A stretch of 49,707 bases of DNA from Octopus bimaculoides (GCF_001194135.2 NC_068983.1:16280340-16330046), one strand, 5' to 3'; positions 23,621 to 36,450 are shown, counted from the stretch's first letter. Numbers and translations: made by a program. Notes: generated by a model from the letters alone, not told the origin.

Positions 23621-25817
23621 ACACACACACACACATGTATATATTCCTTCCTTTTTTTTGCTCATACAAAAATAGAAACAGTAATGGAGAAAGTGGTAAA
23701 AAAATTCTCGACACCACCTCCTGACCTTGACATACAAACACACACATACTGTATCCACTAATGTGAAAAGAAAAGAATATGAACTGATGACTACACCACA
23801 ACAAATCCACAGTTTTGGAGATCAGTCATGTATGTGAGGCAAAAATAGACTTTTAACTATTAATCATAAAGTGCTAATCTCTGCTGAAATGGCTTGTTAT
23901 AATTAACAAAGGAACTTTTTTGTCGTTTTGTTTATGGCTAGCTTTCACTGCTGTTGTGGCTGCCATTGCAGCTGTATGAATCTTATCCTTCTTCCAATTC
24001 AAAAGTTTGATATGCAAGAGATATTTTAGTGATGACTGAATAATAAAAAAACTAGCAGAAATAATTCAGTATGAAAATTATGTGGTGTAAAATTACCATC
24101 AGTTAGTACATAAGTACAGAGATAGAAGAAAATTAAAATAAACATTTTGAATATAGTTTCTTGGTGGCAAGGTCACTGCATTAAAAAAAAAATTTTTAAT
24201 TTTAAAAAACTGTAGCACATATACAGAAACAAAAAGTCACATTGATATATGCATGTATAAATACATCTAAATGTATTCAAGACGTCACATATAGACACAC
24301 ATACATACATTCAGTCAGTCAGTCAGTCACACATATAAATACACATTAAAATCATTGCTGAAAATTTAGAGCTTTCTTTTTGTTTTTTTTTTCAAAAATT
24401 AACATAACTAGTTTATTTTTTTTTGTTTTAGTATATGAATTTCAAAACAAGGATACTTAGTTCAATACCACCAGATGGTTACTATGATACAATCATTGTA
24501 CACCTGCCTGATGTCAGTAAACAAAATGTAAGCTGAAAGTCCATGGAAAACGTGTAGGTTTTTAAAAGCTAGTGAGAAAACCATAAAGGTCTTAGACCAT
24601 CATGTTTATTTTTTACGTATTAGTCCACAGCCTCTCTCTTTTCATTTCTTTCTTTTCTCCTCTCTCTCCTTTCTTGAGTGTGAGTGATTCAAAGAATCAA
24701 AAAGATCTCACATTAAGCTCTCTGCCAAGTGCACGGCTAACAAGAATAAACAGCTATTCTCTCAACTCACTTCTCTTCTCTCTTCTATTTACACGCACAC
24801 CAGTTTGGATTTAAAGAAATTGCTGAGTTCTATCTATACTGCCAAAAGTAAACGGCATAGAACTGAAATAAGTTCTCAACAAGCCATGACAAAATTTTTA
24901 TTCCTGACTGCAACCATTTTATCTAACAAGCCAATGCAGGAGGCCTCTATGTGGTTACTCAACCTGTTTGAAACAGCCAAATCTTTCTAAAATTACTAAG
25001 TACTGTCTTAAAAAAGAAAACAGTAATTGGATAACCATGTCAGAAAAATGATGATGGTCAAGGTTGGAATGCTTTTGATAATAGGTATGCTTGGTTATGG
25101 GCTGATTTGGGGGATAAAAGCAACAACATATGTAGCATCAACTTTAAAACTTTTCGTTATCGTTTTAAAACTAAATAAGGTTAATTGCCCATTAATAGAT
25201 ACTGCTGACAGTAGGTGTTGAGTGTTTGCATAACTACTTAAAGTGGAACTAAAACTTCCATGAAATCAATTGGAAAGATGATATCAGTTGGCATGATGAC
25301 ATCAACAGTCATTATGCCATCAATTGACATGATGGCATCAACTGACCAGTAAAATTAGCCTTAACATTTTTACAGTTAAAACCAAGTTTTAAGTTCTAAA
25401 TCTTAAACTATGTTCTGCAATAAAAAATGGGATGGTCATAACTAAAAATACTGATCGAACAGAGATTGACTCAAATTAACATGCTGAATAATTATATTCT
25501 GATTAAACAAAGATGATCAAGACTACGCAACAACAACAAACAAATACTTTGCCCCTATCAAACATCTACAAGCAATATCCAAACAACTCTCATCATTTTT
25601 ATCGAAACAAATCTCATCATTTTTATGCAATCCTGGGAGAAGGTATGAAAACTTATGTAAAATAATAGCAAAAAGTATCATAACAGTATCAAGTGCCTCA
25701 CAATGTAACTACCTAGTTAAATTAACCGTTTTGGTACCAACATGCCCAGAATAATTTCTAGATTAAAAAAAACAAAAAATTGTATTTTGAAGTGTTTAAA
25801 TTGAAATTAATACTTTC

Positions 25818-25975
25818 CATGGCTGTGTAGTTAAGAAGCTTGCTTCCCAACCACATGGTCTTAAGTTCAGTCCCACTGCATAGCACTTTGGGCAAGTGTC
25901 TTCTACTATAACCTTGGACTGAACAAAGCCTTGTGAGTCGATTTGGTAGACAGAAACCAAGAGGAGCTCATTGTG
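25818..25975 (+). mobile_element. Family A SINE head and core only
   Basis: CATGGCTGTGTAGTTAAGAAGCTTGCTTCCCAACCACATGG...GCACTTTGGGCAAGTGTCTTCTACTATA. Similar partial copies lie at about 535-680 (-), 7075-7205 (-), 8788-8905 (-), 33595-33750 (-) and 47172-47305 (-). Confidence 0.8.
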
Positions 25976-27456
25976 TGTATGTGTGTCCACTCATTACAAA
26001 TATGGAGATGAGTTAAGAGAGGTTGTGGGCTCATTTCATGTAAAGCTCTAAGAAAAGAACTTAAAAACTCATTTCAGTGTGAAGAACGAATTGAGGTTCC
26101 TGTGTTGTAATAGAATTGGAAATGGTTTTTGTAATTACAAATATTAAAGTGAAGAGATAGTAATGTCAAAATTAATTTAGCTCTTTTGAAGTAGATTCCT
26201 TCCATTGCAGCTTAGTAGACTACAAAGTCATAGATTTTGTTGTTAGATTAGTTACTTTGTTTAGATTGAATTAGAGATGTGTGAGAACTCTATTCCTCTT
26301 ATTGATTGTCTGATGTTTGGAACTTAACCACTTAATTCTTCTGTGGCCAAGTTTCTAAGTGCTTCAATTAATTTTTAAAATAATCATGAATTGTGATGGA
26401 TTTAGTAAAATAACTAATTCTGTCACTATTAATCTAGTGATCAGAATATAACAAATATTCTTTTTATTTAAAATTTTTTTTTTTATCCGTTTTAATCATT
26501 AGACTGCAGTCATACTTGGACACTGCCTTGACAGGTTTAGTTAAATAAATTGACCTTGTTATTTGTTTTTAAAATCTGGTGCTTATTCAATTGCTCTCCT
26601 TTGTTGAATTGCTAAGTTACAGGGTTGTAAACAAAGCAACACAGGTTGTCAAGCAGGGCAACCTATATTTCTAGTGAGCAGACAATCTATGTATTTCAAA
26701 TGATTTTCATAGAAGTCAAAATTTAAGAGGGCTATGCTAAAATACTTGCAACTTTATATAGTGAGGCATTAATTTAGCCCCAGGTCAGCTATATGACCAA
26801 AAGAGATACATCTTGATTACGCCATAATTTTGATTATAACAAACAGTCTACATTAACATATCCTATTTTAAAAGAAATGGACATGACTTGGGAGAGATTT
26901 AGCTGTTATTTTTAGTAGGTCGATCAACTGCATAGAGGAACTTTCATTGACTCATTTATATAATGGTATGTAAAGCTGTTGTGTTGACCAACAGAAATCT
27001 CACAATATTGTTCACAGGAAGTCTCAGGGGCCTTGGTATTAAAAATTTTAAGCCAACACAGTGATACTTTATCAACTCAGACATATTGTTATAGCAAAAT
27101 CTACACAATATCTAATCAATGTCAAATAATAAACAAAATAAAAGATTATTCTGCAGCTTATTCAATCAGTGAAACCGTAGAGCAGGCATTCTTCTACATA
27201 CATATATTGTAATAAGGAATATCATTTCAAATTTTGGCACAAGATCAGAAATTTTAGGGGAAGGTGTAGGCGATTATATTGACTAGTACTTTATTTTATT
27301 GACTTCGAAAAAAGGAAGAGCCAAGTTAACTTCAGTGGCATTTGAACTGAGAATGTAGAGCTGAAAGAAATGCTGCTAAGCATTTTGTCCAACAGGGTAA
27401 ACAACTCTGTCAGCTCAATGCTTTTTTGTAACAAGATCACTAGATAGTATATGTAA

Positions 27457-27764
27457 TGTTGGCACTCCGTCGCTTACGACGTCGAGGGTTCCAGTTGATC
27501 CGATCAACAGAACAGCCTGCTCGTGAAATTAACGTGCAAGTGGCTGAGCACTCCACAGACACGTGTACCCTTAACGTAGTTCTCGGGGATATTCAGCGTG
27601 ACACAGTGTGACAAGGCTGACTCTTTGAATTACGGGTACAACAGAAACAGGAAGTAAGAGTGAGAGAAAGTTGTGGTGGAAGAGTACAGCAGGGTTCACG
27701 ACCATCCCCTGCCGGAGCCTCGTGGAGCTTTAGGTGTTTTCGCTCAATAGGCACTCACAACGCC
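27457..27764 (-). mobile_element. Same young SINE family, head lost in the assembly gap
   Basis: Near-identical to the two full copies up to the N-run at 27765. Confidence 0.88.
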
Positions 27765-28206
27765 NNNNNNNNNNNNNNNNNNNNNNNNNNNNNNNNNNNN
27801 NNNNNNNNNNNNNNNNNNNNNNNNNNNNNNNNNNNNNNNNNNNNNNNNNNNNNNNNNNNNNNNNNNNNNNNNNNNNNNNNNNNNNNNNNNNNNNNNNNNN
27901 NNNNNNNNNNNNNNNNNNNNNNNNNNNNNNNNNNNNNNNNNNNNNNNNNNNNNNNNNNNNNNNNNNNNNNNNNNNNNNNNNNNNNNNNNNNNNNNNNNNN
28001 NNNNNNNNNNNNNNNNNNNNNNNNNNNNNNNNNNNNNNNNNNNNNNNNNNNNNNNNNNNNNNNNNNNNNNNNNNNNNNNNNNNNNNNNNNNNNNNNNNNN
28101 NNNNNNNNNNNNNNNNNNNNNNNNNNNNNNNNNNNNNNNNNNNNNNNNNNNNNNNNNNNNNNNNNNNNNNNNNNNNNNNNNNNNNNNNNNNNNNNNNNNN
28201 NNNNNN
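27765..28206. other. Scaffold gap
   Basis: N-run. The other gaps are 5410-5419, 6805-7011, 11129-11152 and 43755-43802; three of them sit in microsatellites. Confidence 0.99.
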
Positions 28207-28226
28207 TATTGAAATACACTTCTCTT

Positions 28227-28603
28227 CATCATCACCGTCGTTTAACGTCCGCTTTCCATGCTAGCATGGGTTGGACGATTTGACTGAGGACTGGTGAAAC
28301 CAGATAGCTACACCAGGCTCCAATCTGATTTGGCAGAGTTTCTACAGCTGGATGCCCTTCCTAACGCCAACCACTCAGAGAGTGTAGAGGGTGATTTTAC
28401 GTGCCACTGGCACGAAGGCCAGTCAGGCGGTACTGGCAACGGCCACGCTCAAAATGGTGTATTTTATGTGCCACCCACACAAGAGCCAGTCCAGGGGCAC
28501 TGGCAACGACCTCGCTCAAAAGTCCTTACACATGACGCAGGCACAAGTGCCAGAAAGGCGATACTGGGCACAGGTGCCATCACAATTTCGCTTTCGCTTG
28601 CCC
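28227..28603 (-). mobile_element. (GAT)n-tailed retroposon 3' module (LINE 3' UTR or LINE-related SINE tail) with internal GTGGCAC(G/A)TAAAA repeats
   Basis: Plus strand CATCATC..CGTTTAACGTCCGCTTTCCATGCTAGCATGGG...GGATGCCCTTCCTAACGCCAACC. Related pieces lie at 5531-5630, 12440-12525, 13263-13700, 37530-37720, 42978-43219 and 46835-47115 (+). Confidence 0.75.
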
Positions 28604-28611
28604 CAATAAGT

Positions 28612-28788
28612 CTTCTCTTGTTTCAATAATTTTTGAAAATAATGAAGAAATTAGTAAATTAACTATTCCAATATTAAGTTGGTGTTAAATTGACCAGTGG
28701 TGGACAATTTTAATTGAGATCACTTTAAAACAGGGAGTTTGTATCAGAATAGTTTGGTATTGAAAGAGTAACCTTTTGAAAGGGTTAA
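28612..28788. mobile_element. MITE family 2 partial copy
   Basis: GAAAATAATGAAGAAATTAGTAAATTAAC...GATCACTTTAAAACAGG...GAAAGGGTTAA. Confidence 0.65.
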
Positions 28789-28851
28789 CTCTTCCAATAC
28801 CAAACTACATGATACACAGGACCTATTTTCTTGGCATTCATGCATGATATA

Positions 28852-29069
28852 TACTCTTTTCTCTTTTACTCTTTTACTTGTTTCAGTCATTTGACTGCGG
28901 CCATGCTGGAGCACCACCTTTTTGTCGAACAAATCGACCCCAGAACTTATTCTTTATAAGCCTAGTACTTATTCTATCGGTCTCTTTTTGCCGAACCGCT
29001 AAGTTACAGGGACGTAAACACACCAGCATCGGTTGTCAAGCAATGGTGGGGGACAATCACAGACACACA

Positions 29070-29101
<32 letters not shown>

Positions 29102-29264
29102 CGACGGGCTTCTTTCAGTTTCCGTCTACCAAATCCACTCACAAGGCTTTGGTCGGCCCGAGGCTATAGTAGAAGACACTTGCCCAACGTGCCACGCAGT
29201 GAGACTGAACTCGGAACCATGTGGTTTGTAAGCAAGCTACTTACCACACAGCCACTCCTATGCC
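28852..29264 (-). mobile_element. tRNA-head CORE-like SINE ('family A') with internal (TA)n and a (GTAAAAGA)n-type tail
   Basis: Minus strand GGAGTGGCTGTGTGGTAAG...GAGTTCAGTCTC (A/B boxes), GGCACGTTGGGCAAGTGTCTTCTACTATAGCC (CORE-like), a microsatellite, then the tail ending GACTGAAACAAGTAAAAGAGTAAAAGAG. Confidence 0.85.
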
Positions 29265-29474
29265 TGATTTTTTTCCATCACCAGAGTAACTTGGGACTTA
29301 TGAAAGGAAAAGCTTTATATTATCCAGAACATATGAAACAAGGGCTTTTAAAAGTCTGAAAACAAGCATGGACATTTAGAAAAAACTTATGAAAATGCAT
29401 TGGACAGCCAAAGGGTCAACTGGGGACAGGGATAAAAATCAAAGCAAAGAAAGAAGGCAGTCGTAAGAGAGCAG

Positions 29475-29709
29475 AAGTGATCTCCAGCAAGATTGTACAC
29501 TTTCACTAACCCTGTTCAACAAGGTGATCAACTGTGTATTTGTGTCAAACACTAATCTAATTAAGTGCCAGCAAGTCCTGTACCAAGGTACAATGATCGA
29601 TGACCTTGATGACACTGCTCTCCACATCCCACAGGATAAGCTTAGAGATGATTCGAAAAGAGTTGGTCTGATAAATAATACAGCCAGAGTTATTATGTCT
29701 TATCAGTGA
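29475..29709 (+). mobile_element. Non-LTR reverse transcriptase core remnant (RTE-like)
   Basis: SDLQQDCTLSLTLFNKVIN (cf. GVRQGCxLSPxLFN), IDDLDDTAL (cf. DLDYADDIAL) and SKRVGLINNTARVIM (cf. GLxINxxKTKVM). Confidence 0.75.
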
Positions 29710-30582
29710 GCTTTAGAAGTGAATAAAATGTCTCTTTACCTTCAACAATATTCAATTACAGGAAGTATGAGATTGATAGACACACAAACTTAGTTCACTC
29801 TGCTTTCAAGTAAGCACTCAGTCAATGGCATGGTTCCAAAGAAAGATCTAACTCTGCATCAAGATTCATGTTTTCTAAACACACTGATATACTTCAATTC
29901 TTGTATTTGTCAGCATTATAGCATTATAGAAAAAGTTTAAGCTAACATTAATATTAGTTCAGATAGTGTTTTATTAATTGCCACATGTAATAACATGCTT
30001 TTTTTTTTTCATAGGAACACCATAAAGGTATTTCAGACATTTGTTTTGTTAATTTTTTTTTTTTTGTTCAAGATGGCAAGATTTATTTTTAACCATACAG
30101 ACACAGAATATTTAACTCAATTCATAGTTTAAATAAATTACTTTATAGTATTTTCTTGTTTTCAGACAACAGAGACTACCTGTACAACAGAACAAAAATA
30201 CTAAAAATAAAAGACACCTGCATATGCAATGAACAGTTTGTTGTCATAGTAAACCCTTACATCCACAGATGCTGCCATTACATAAAACATGACTTTCAAA
30301 TACCTAAATATATATATACACAACAATCCAGAATGTAACAACCTCATCATAAAAAAATATCTCTTTTACTCAGCATATACAAACATAAAAAAAAACCCCA
30401 ATATATACTCAGAAATAAATGCAATTTGATAGCTTTGTTAATCCTACATATTATTGGGAAGTTTACTACCAAAATTAAGAGTAAGGGAACAGCAACTATC
30501 TCGCTCTGAGCAAGTTCATCTTTCCCAACTTTACTGTGGCACTAAGTGACTTCACATTGGGTAACACAGACCTTAAACATAC

Positions 30583-30655
30583 ATTGAAAAAAATGCAAAG
30601 GTTATGGCTCCCCTTTGATAAAGGTTGACAACAACAACAGGTGGAATGACGTAGA
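30583..30655 (-). CDS. Possible exon (YVIPPVVVVNLYQRGAITFAFFS)
   Basis: Acceptor tactctctccag and donor AT|gtatgt; 73 bp, phase 1-2, open frame in unique non-repeat sequence. Confidence 0.33.
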
Positions 30656-31000
30656 CTGGAGAGAGTACGTGTCCAGACTGTCATACTGAGTCCTGTATGA
30701 TTCACTGTTGTATTTCATGCAGTAGTTTATTATCCATATTTTCTTCTGCTATTCTATATGGTAAATGCTTCAAGTTAGATATTTATGTGAACAAGTACTT
30801 GAAGTTAGATTTTTATGAAAATTACTAAAACAGGCAAATACTTACATAATGAAATTATATTGGACCTTAGTATATTATCAGTCATGTTTCAGCTCACTGA
30901 TAACACAATATCTAACTCATACTTTATCATCATCAGATATTGAAGATTATAAAAACTTACTTTTTTTAAAAAAATTGTTTAAAATAGGTATTGTACCTGA

Positions 31001-31231
31001 TTTACCTCTTTTGATATCAACCTGTCTAGGACTCCCCAGATTCTATGATACAAAGTTCATGTTTTAAAGTGATCTATATTAAAATCTTCCATCAAAACTT
31101 CATGCTAATTTATGTTCCAAACAGTAGCTTAACATTGACAAAGTTATTTTGATAAATTCTTCGTTAGTTTCAAAATTAATTTAAACAAGGACAGTGTATT
31201 TCATCAGAAATATGGTAACAAAAAAGGTTAA
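31001..31231. mobile_element. TTAA-type MITE family 2
   Basis: Ends TTTACCTCTTTTGATATCAA and TGGTAACAAAAAAGGTTAA. The interior is the reverse complement of 28612-28788 and of the pieces flanking 21792-22929. Confidence 0.7.
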
Positions 31232-32677
31232 ATATTTTATTTCTAAGGAAGATGTCAATCTCTCTCAACACCCAGTGTCTCCTCCATGACATCTGCTTCC
31301 CACTAGTGAGCTTAGATTGCCCTCAAGGAAATGCTATCATCCAAGTTAAGAACTACTGTTTTGACCTCAGAAACTGAATGTAGTGAGGTGTGTGAGGAAA
31401 GAGAACTAAGAAGAGATTGTTGACAGCTATTCCCCACCAAACCCTGAAACTATTTACCATTTTGACATATCCATTTTAAGATTCAACAATCCAGGATAAT
31501 TTTTTCCCTTCTCAAATGCAATTATTGGAAATTATTTCAAACCTGTCTTTCAGGTTTTACAATATTTCACAATACAAACAACTCTAACTTTTTAAACAGA
31601 ACAAAGAAAAGAATTTAGTACATAAACCATGACGCCTGAGAATTTTAGATGAGAAATAGGAACAAAAAGTGACAGTCATACATTTTTTTAAAGAGAGAGA
31701 GAGGGGTGGATTAGGGGTGTAATTGAAATGAAATGCTGGAAATCAAATCCTGCTCATAAGCTCAGTTTATTAACCAAGAGCTGGGAACAAAAAAATAAAA
31801 AAACTCATTGAAACTGTTGCAGTTTGTTCCATTCATTGAAGTTGGATTAAATTTTCCTTTCATCTAGAAACGACAGAAAAGTTGAAGCAATTTCAACTAA
31901 GCAAGCAACCTGAGCTTAGGAACAATATTAACTATTAAGCAGGTGGCAACCTAGACCACCACAGAAATCAATACAAACAGGCAATCTGAGAAGAGTAACA
32001 GAACAAATCTATTTTTAGTACTATTGGCAATTCTCAGGCAATTTCCCCCCCCCCCCCACTAAAATAGACTCTGACCCTATATGCAGTACACAGAAGTATT
32101 GCAGCTATTATAAGTAAAGGAAATAGAAACTAAATAAATACACAGAGAAACACACGCATGCACGCACACACGAAGCTGCATCAATTAGTCTATATTGCTA
32201 AGCAACCGAAGCATCTGTTAGAGTAGTGATATGCAGCAACAAGTATCAACATGCAACAAAGCTGTTTAAGAGAAAACAGTTTTAAAAATATGGAAGCTGT
32301 GAAGTAGGTATCGGGAGGCAAAAAAAAAAAAAAAAAAAAAAAACAAACTAGTTGAATGACACTAAATATAAGCTGACAAGTGCTCAGGTTGATTAGAAGA
32401 AATGCTTATTTGGTTTAAACACACCCACATACACAGAAAGGGATTATAATTGTCAAAATTGCTTAAAGTAAGATAAGTAGCCTTTTTTAAAAAAAAAGAG
32501 CGGCAGCATTTTAATTGATAACTGAGTCACTAAGTACTTCCCTTTGATAAGCATATTGATAAAATGATGCTCAAATACTCAAAGAATATCATCACATATG
32601 TAAGCTGACCTTAGTGAGATTTGAACTCAGATTGCAAGGTACAGGAAGAAATACCATAAGGCATTTTGTCTGACATT

Positions 32678-33059
32678 GTTGGCACTCCGTCGCTTACGGC
32701 GTCGAAAGTTCCAGTTGATCCGATCAACGGAACAGCTTGCTCGTGAAATTAACGTGCAAGTGGCTGAGCACTCCACAGACACGTGTCCCCTTAATGTAGT
32801 TCTCGGGGATATTCAGCGTGACACAGTGTGACAAGGCTGACCCTTTGAATTACAGGCACAACAGAAACAGGAAGTAAGAGTGAGAGAAAGTTGTGGTGGA
32901 AGAGTACAGCAGGGTTCGCCACCATCCCCTGTCGGAGCCTCGTGGAGCTTTTAGGTGTTTTTGCTCAATAAACACTCACAACGCCCGGTCTGGGAATTGA
33001 AACCACGATCCTATGACTGCAAGTCCGCTGCCCTAACCACTGGGCCATTGCACCTCCAC
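32678..33059 (-). mobile_element. Full-length young tRNA-derived SINE (octopus OR1-like), 382 bp
   Basis: Minus-strand head GGAGGTGCAATGGCCCAGTGGTTAGGG (A box) ... GGTTTCAATTCCC (B-box-like). Perfect 12-bp TSD TTGTCTGACATT at 32666-32677 and 33060-33071. The family name is recalled, not checked. Confidence 0.9.
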
Positions 33060-33169
33060 TTGTCTGACATTAACAACAACTAATCTACGACTTTGAACAA
33101 GTTTAAACATTTTTAACATTTGTACGAACTGTTGCTACAAAAAATCCTTAAATCCCACCCTAAATTTTG

Positions 33170-33541
33170 CCTTTCCAACCCGAAATGAGTGTGTTATCTT
33201 TTTACCGTTATGCTGGCTTAAGTATGTAAAGTTTCATTGAAGGGCACAACAGATAACCAATTCCATATTTTGCGTTTGCAGCTCCGTTGGTGGCTAATGA
33301 GCCCTACTCTTGACAAGCATACACGACTGCAAACATTGCAGATTAAGCTTTCCCCATTCACTATACGAGCCGTGTGCTTTTGCGCAACTCGCTTAAGTTC
33401 TTCATGCTTGATACGTGCTCTCTCAAAAGTGTCGATCCCCTCCTTAACCTGCTCCCTCCATCCGCAGTGATGACAGGCATTGTTCTCCCAGTCAGTGTCC
33501 TGCATATCAAAGGCCTTTAATGAGGACTTGACACAGTCCTG

Positions 33542-33542
<1 letters not shown>
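33170..33542 (-). mobile_element. RTE (BovB-type) LINE 3' fragment with intact C-terminal zinc finger
   Basis: QDCVKSSLKAFDMQDTDWENNACHHCGWREQVKEGIDTFE...LICNVCSRVCLSRVGLISHQRSC. The 5' break abuts a (TA)n tract. Confidence 0.9.
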
Positions 33543-33574
<32 letters not shown>

Positions 33575-35710
33575 TACACACATAAATATATATACAAGCT
33601 TCTTTCAATTTCTATCAACCAAATCCAGTCATAAGGCCTGTGATCAACCTCGGGTTATAGTACAAGAAGACAGTTGCCCAAGGTGCTATGCAGTAGACTG
33701 AACCCAAGACCACATAGTTGTGAAACAAGGTTCTTAACCACACAGCCATAATTATTGTTTTGATAACAGAAAATTAAATAGCAATGAAGATGATGATAAT
33801 GAAGGTACAATTTTAGATCCACTTTGCTATGGCTTCATGGTTTTTGTTAAAGTTACATATTACATGTAGAAATTCATTCTACTATTAATCTCTCAACTTT
33901 GTCAGATAGGTAAACTAAAGCAAGCTAAGTCCTATACTTTGTCCACAGGCAAAACAGCTGTTGGTTGTAGTAAGGGTTGAACTCAGAACAATATATAATT
34001 GAATACATAAAATGATTTGGGAAATACAGCATCCTCTTCTCAAACATCTCCATTTCACTCTTTTAGTTATCACTTTCTTCTATTAATTTCAATCACATTT
34101 GCCTTGAAAGAATGAATACAATACAGAGAAGAAAGAACACTTTTATTCATGCAGGGGACAAGGCTACAATAAAATGCACCTAGTACAAGCAGTATAGTCT
34201 TTAGTTTTGCAGAGAACAATAGTAATCTCACTAGTGCTAATGATATGACAAAATGCAGCCAATACACACTGTGAAGTGACTGGTGTGAAGGAGGGTATCT
34301 AGCCATAGAAACCACTATAAAAAGAAAAATGTTTGAGTAAGAAGTGATTCCCCAATCCATTTAAGAGGGCTGTTATTCCAAATAAGAACTGACTCCAATC
34401 ATCATATGTCTGTTTTCTATGCCAGCATCCAAAACAGACATAATTGTGATAGCATGGCCCTCTGACAGGAGAGCACTATTTCCAAATAAGAATGGCTCCA
34501 GGCTGTGACAATCCATTCAGCCCATCCAATGTGGAAAACAGACATGATGATGATGATTGTAGTGGTGGTCCTTTTCTTTTCAAAATAATGTTCAATAAGG
34601 AAATCTGGGGGAATGGTTTGTCTATGGCATAAAAGTTTCCACTTTAACTCTGATGACAATATAATGATAGTTTATAAACCCAGAACTTAGCTCCAATGCT
34701 AGAAATCAAAGAAAACTGATAGCAGCATAAAACCAAACCCATTTATTTCCATGGATGTGGAGCAAAATGTATCTCTATTCTTTGGAATATATTGTTCATC
34801 CTGTTTACGAAACTATTCCAAAAAGCTTTATAGAGAAACAATAGATCAATCGAGCAACAAATCCAAAATTCCAAGAAAATTACACTACGATTATAGAATT
34901 CAATGTATTCATTTCTGAATCATTTTTGTAATTTTTAGCCAATTAAGTCATCTGGCAATTTATTATAACTATTTAATATCATTTTCTATGGTGGAATTTT
35001 TTCCCCTTTCTAAATTTAAATATTTGCATATAAATTGTTGGAAGAAGCATTTTTACAGTTGGATGCCTTTCCGAGCACTAACCGCGCTCAATTAGGAAAT
35101 AGAAGTAGCATCTATTTTCAGCCAGCCATTCTGATACAAGCAGCAGAGTAGTAATATGCATCTCCACACAATGGTAGTAGGAAAGTTTGGGTCAGTTACA
35201 CAACACCTTAACCTCAAAGATAAAAATATTATTATTACTGTTATTGTTGTTTTTATTATTATTATTATTATTATTAATCATCAGCATCATCAGATAAATA
35301 TCCTGCTTTACATAATTCTGCTCTGTGCTTATTAAAAAAAAAAAATCATTATCTTTGTTATTAGAATCAATACGGCTAACATATAAGAATACTGACATAA
35401 ATACATTGCAGTATTAAATTTCATCTTGCAGCACTTGGTTCAAATCCTACATAAGTCATATTGGTTTTTTTATTTTTCAGAATCCACAGAAAAAAAACAA
35501 AAAAACTCATCATCATTATTATTATTCAATTCAACGAGGGTAGAGCAAGGAACAAAATGCCTTGCTGTATTTAGTTATCTGCTTTACATGCTTGACTTGC
35601 CCTTCCACCTATCAGTAAGTACCAGTCAAGTTCTGGGTGGCTGATATAATAGACTGTCTTTTAGTGCTCAAAATTTTGTCTCTTGTGCCTGTTTTATATA
35701 TCAATATCAA

Positions 35711-35905
35711 AGTTGTGAGCTGGCAGAATTGTTAGCATGAAGGGCAAAATGCTTAGCAGCATTTTGTCTGTCTTTGCCAAGGTCAACTTTGCTTTTCATC
35801 CTTTCAAGGTCGATAAAATAGATACCAGTTGAACATGTGAATCAATGTAATCCACTTATCCCTCCCCTGAAATTTCTGTTCTTGTACCAAGATTCGAAAT
35901 CAATA
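35711..35905 (+). mobile_element. Family B SINE
   Basis: GAGCTGGCAGAATTGTTAGCA...GGTCAACTTTGCTTTTCATCCTTTCAAGGTCGATAAAATAGATACCAG. Other copies lie at about 8155-8378 (-), 9000-9110 (+), 15318-15615 (+), 27228-27420 (-) and 32605-32675 (-). Confidence 0.75.
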
Positions 35906-36055
35906 TTATTGGATTCAACTTATTGATTTGTATAGATACTGACTTAGTGATTTGTCAAACAAAATTATTCTTATTTGATATAGATGAGAATATTTTTGGC
36001 CATTCACTGAAATGATGAAGTAGGAAAGTAATGAGACAAAAATTACAGAGTACAT

Positions 36056-36450
36056 CAGGCATGACTGCGTGATTAAGAAATTCACCCGATAACCATGTGT
36101 TTTTAAGTTCAATCCCACTACAAGTTACTTTGGGCAAGTGTCTTCTATTATAGCTCTGGAGTCAACCAGAACCTTGTGAATGAATTTGATAGGCAGAAAC
36201 TGAAAAGTAGCTCATTGTATATGTGTGCATTTCTGTCATCTTGTCTTGAAACCACATGCTAATAGTAAACAAATGTCACCATTCTACAAGCAGTGTTGTT
36301 TGTTTGCAGTGCCCCATGACCAGGGGAAAATATTACATTGCCTGAAAACAAGTCAGGGCTGATGACAGGAAGAACTGTAGAACTCTACTCCAATGCAATC
36401 TGCATACCACATGTAAGCAAGGCAAAGTAGATGTTAAAACAATGATATAG
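36056..36450 (+). mobile_element. Diverged family A SINE with the (GAT)n-type tail
   Basis: Head and core, plus a tail homologous to 9680-9880. Confidence 0.7.

Noticed and set aside
25280-25330. Small nested inverted repeat (ATGCCATCA/TGATGGCAT)
   Set aside because: Short, low-complexity, single copy; within chance expectation.
31256-31358. Possible hAT/Charlie-type MITE (…CTCTCAAC … GTTAAGAACTACTG)
   Set aside because: The left TIR is poor and no 8-bp TSD is visible.
32985-33059. tRNA-like sequences with A and B boxes (also the heads of family A)
   Set aside because: They are SINE heads continuing into body and tail with TSDs; no complete cloverleaf or terminator.
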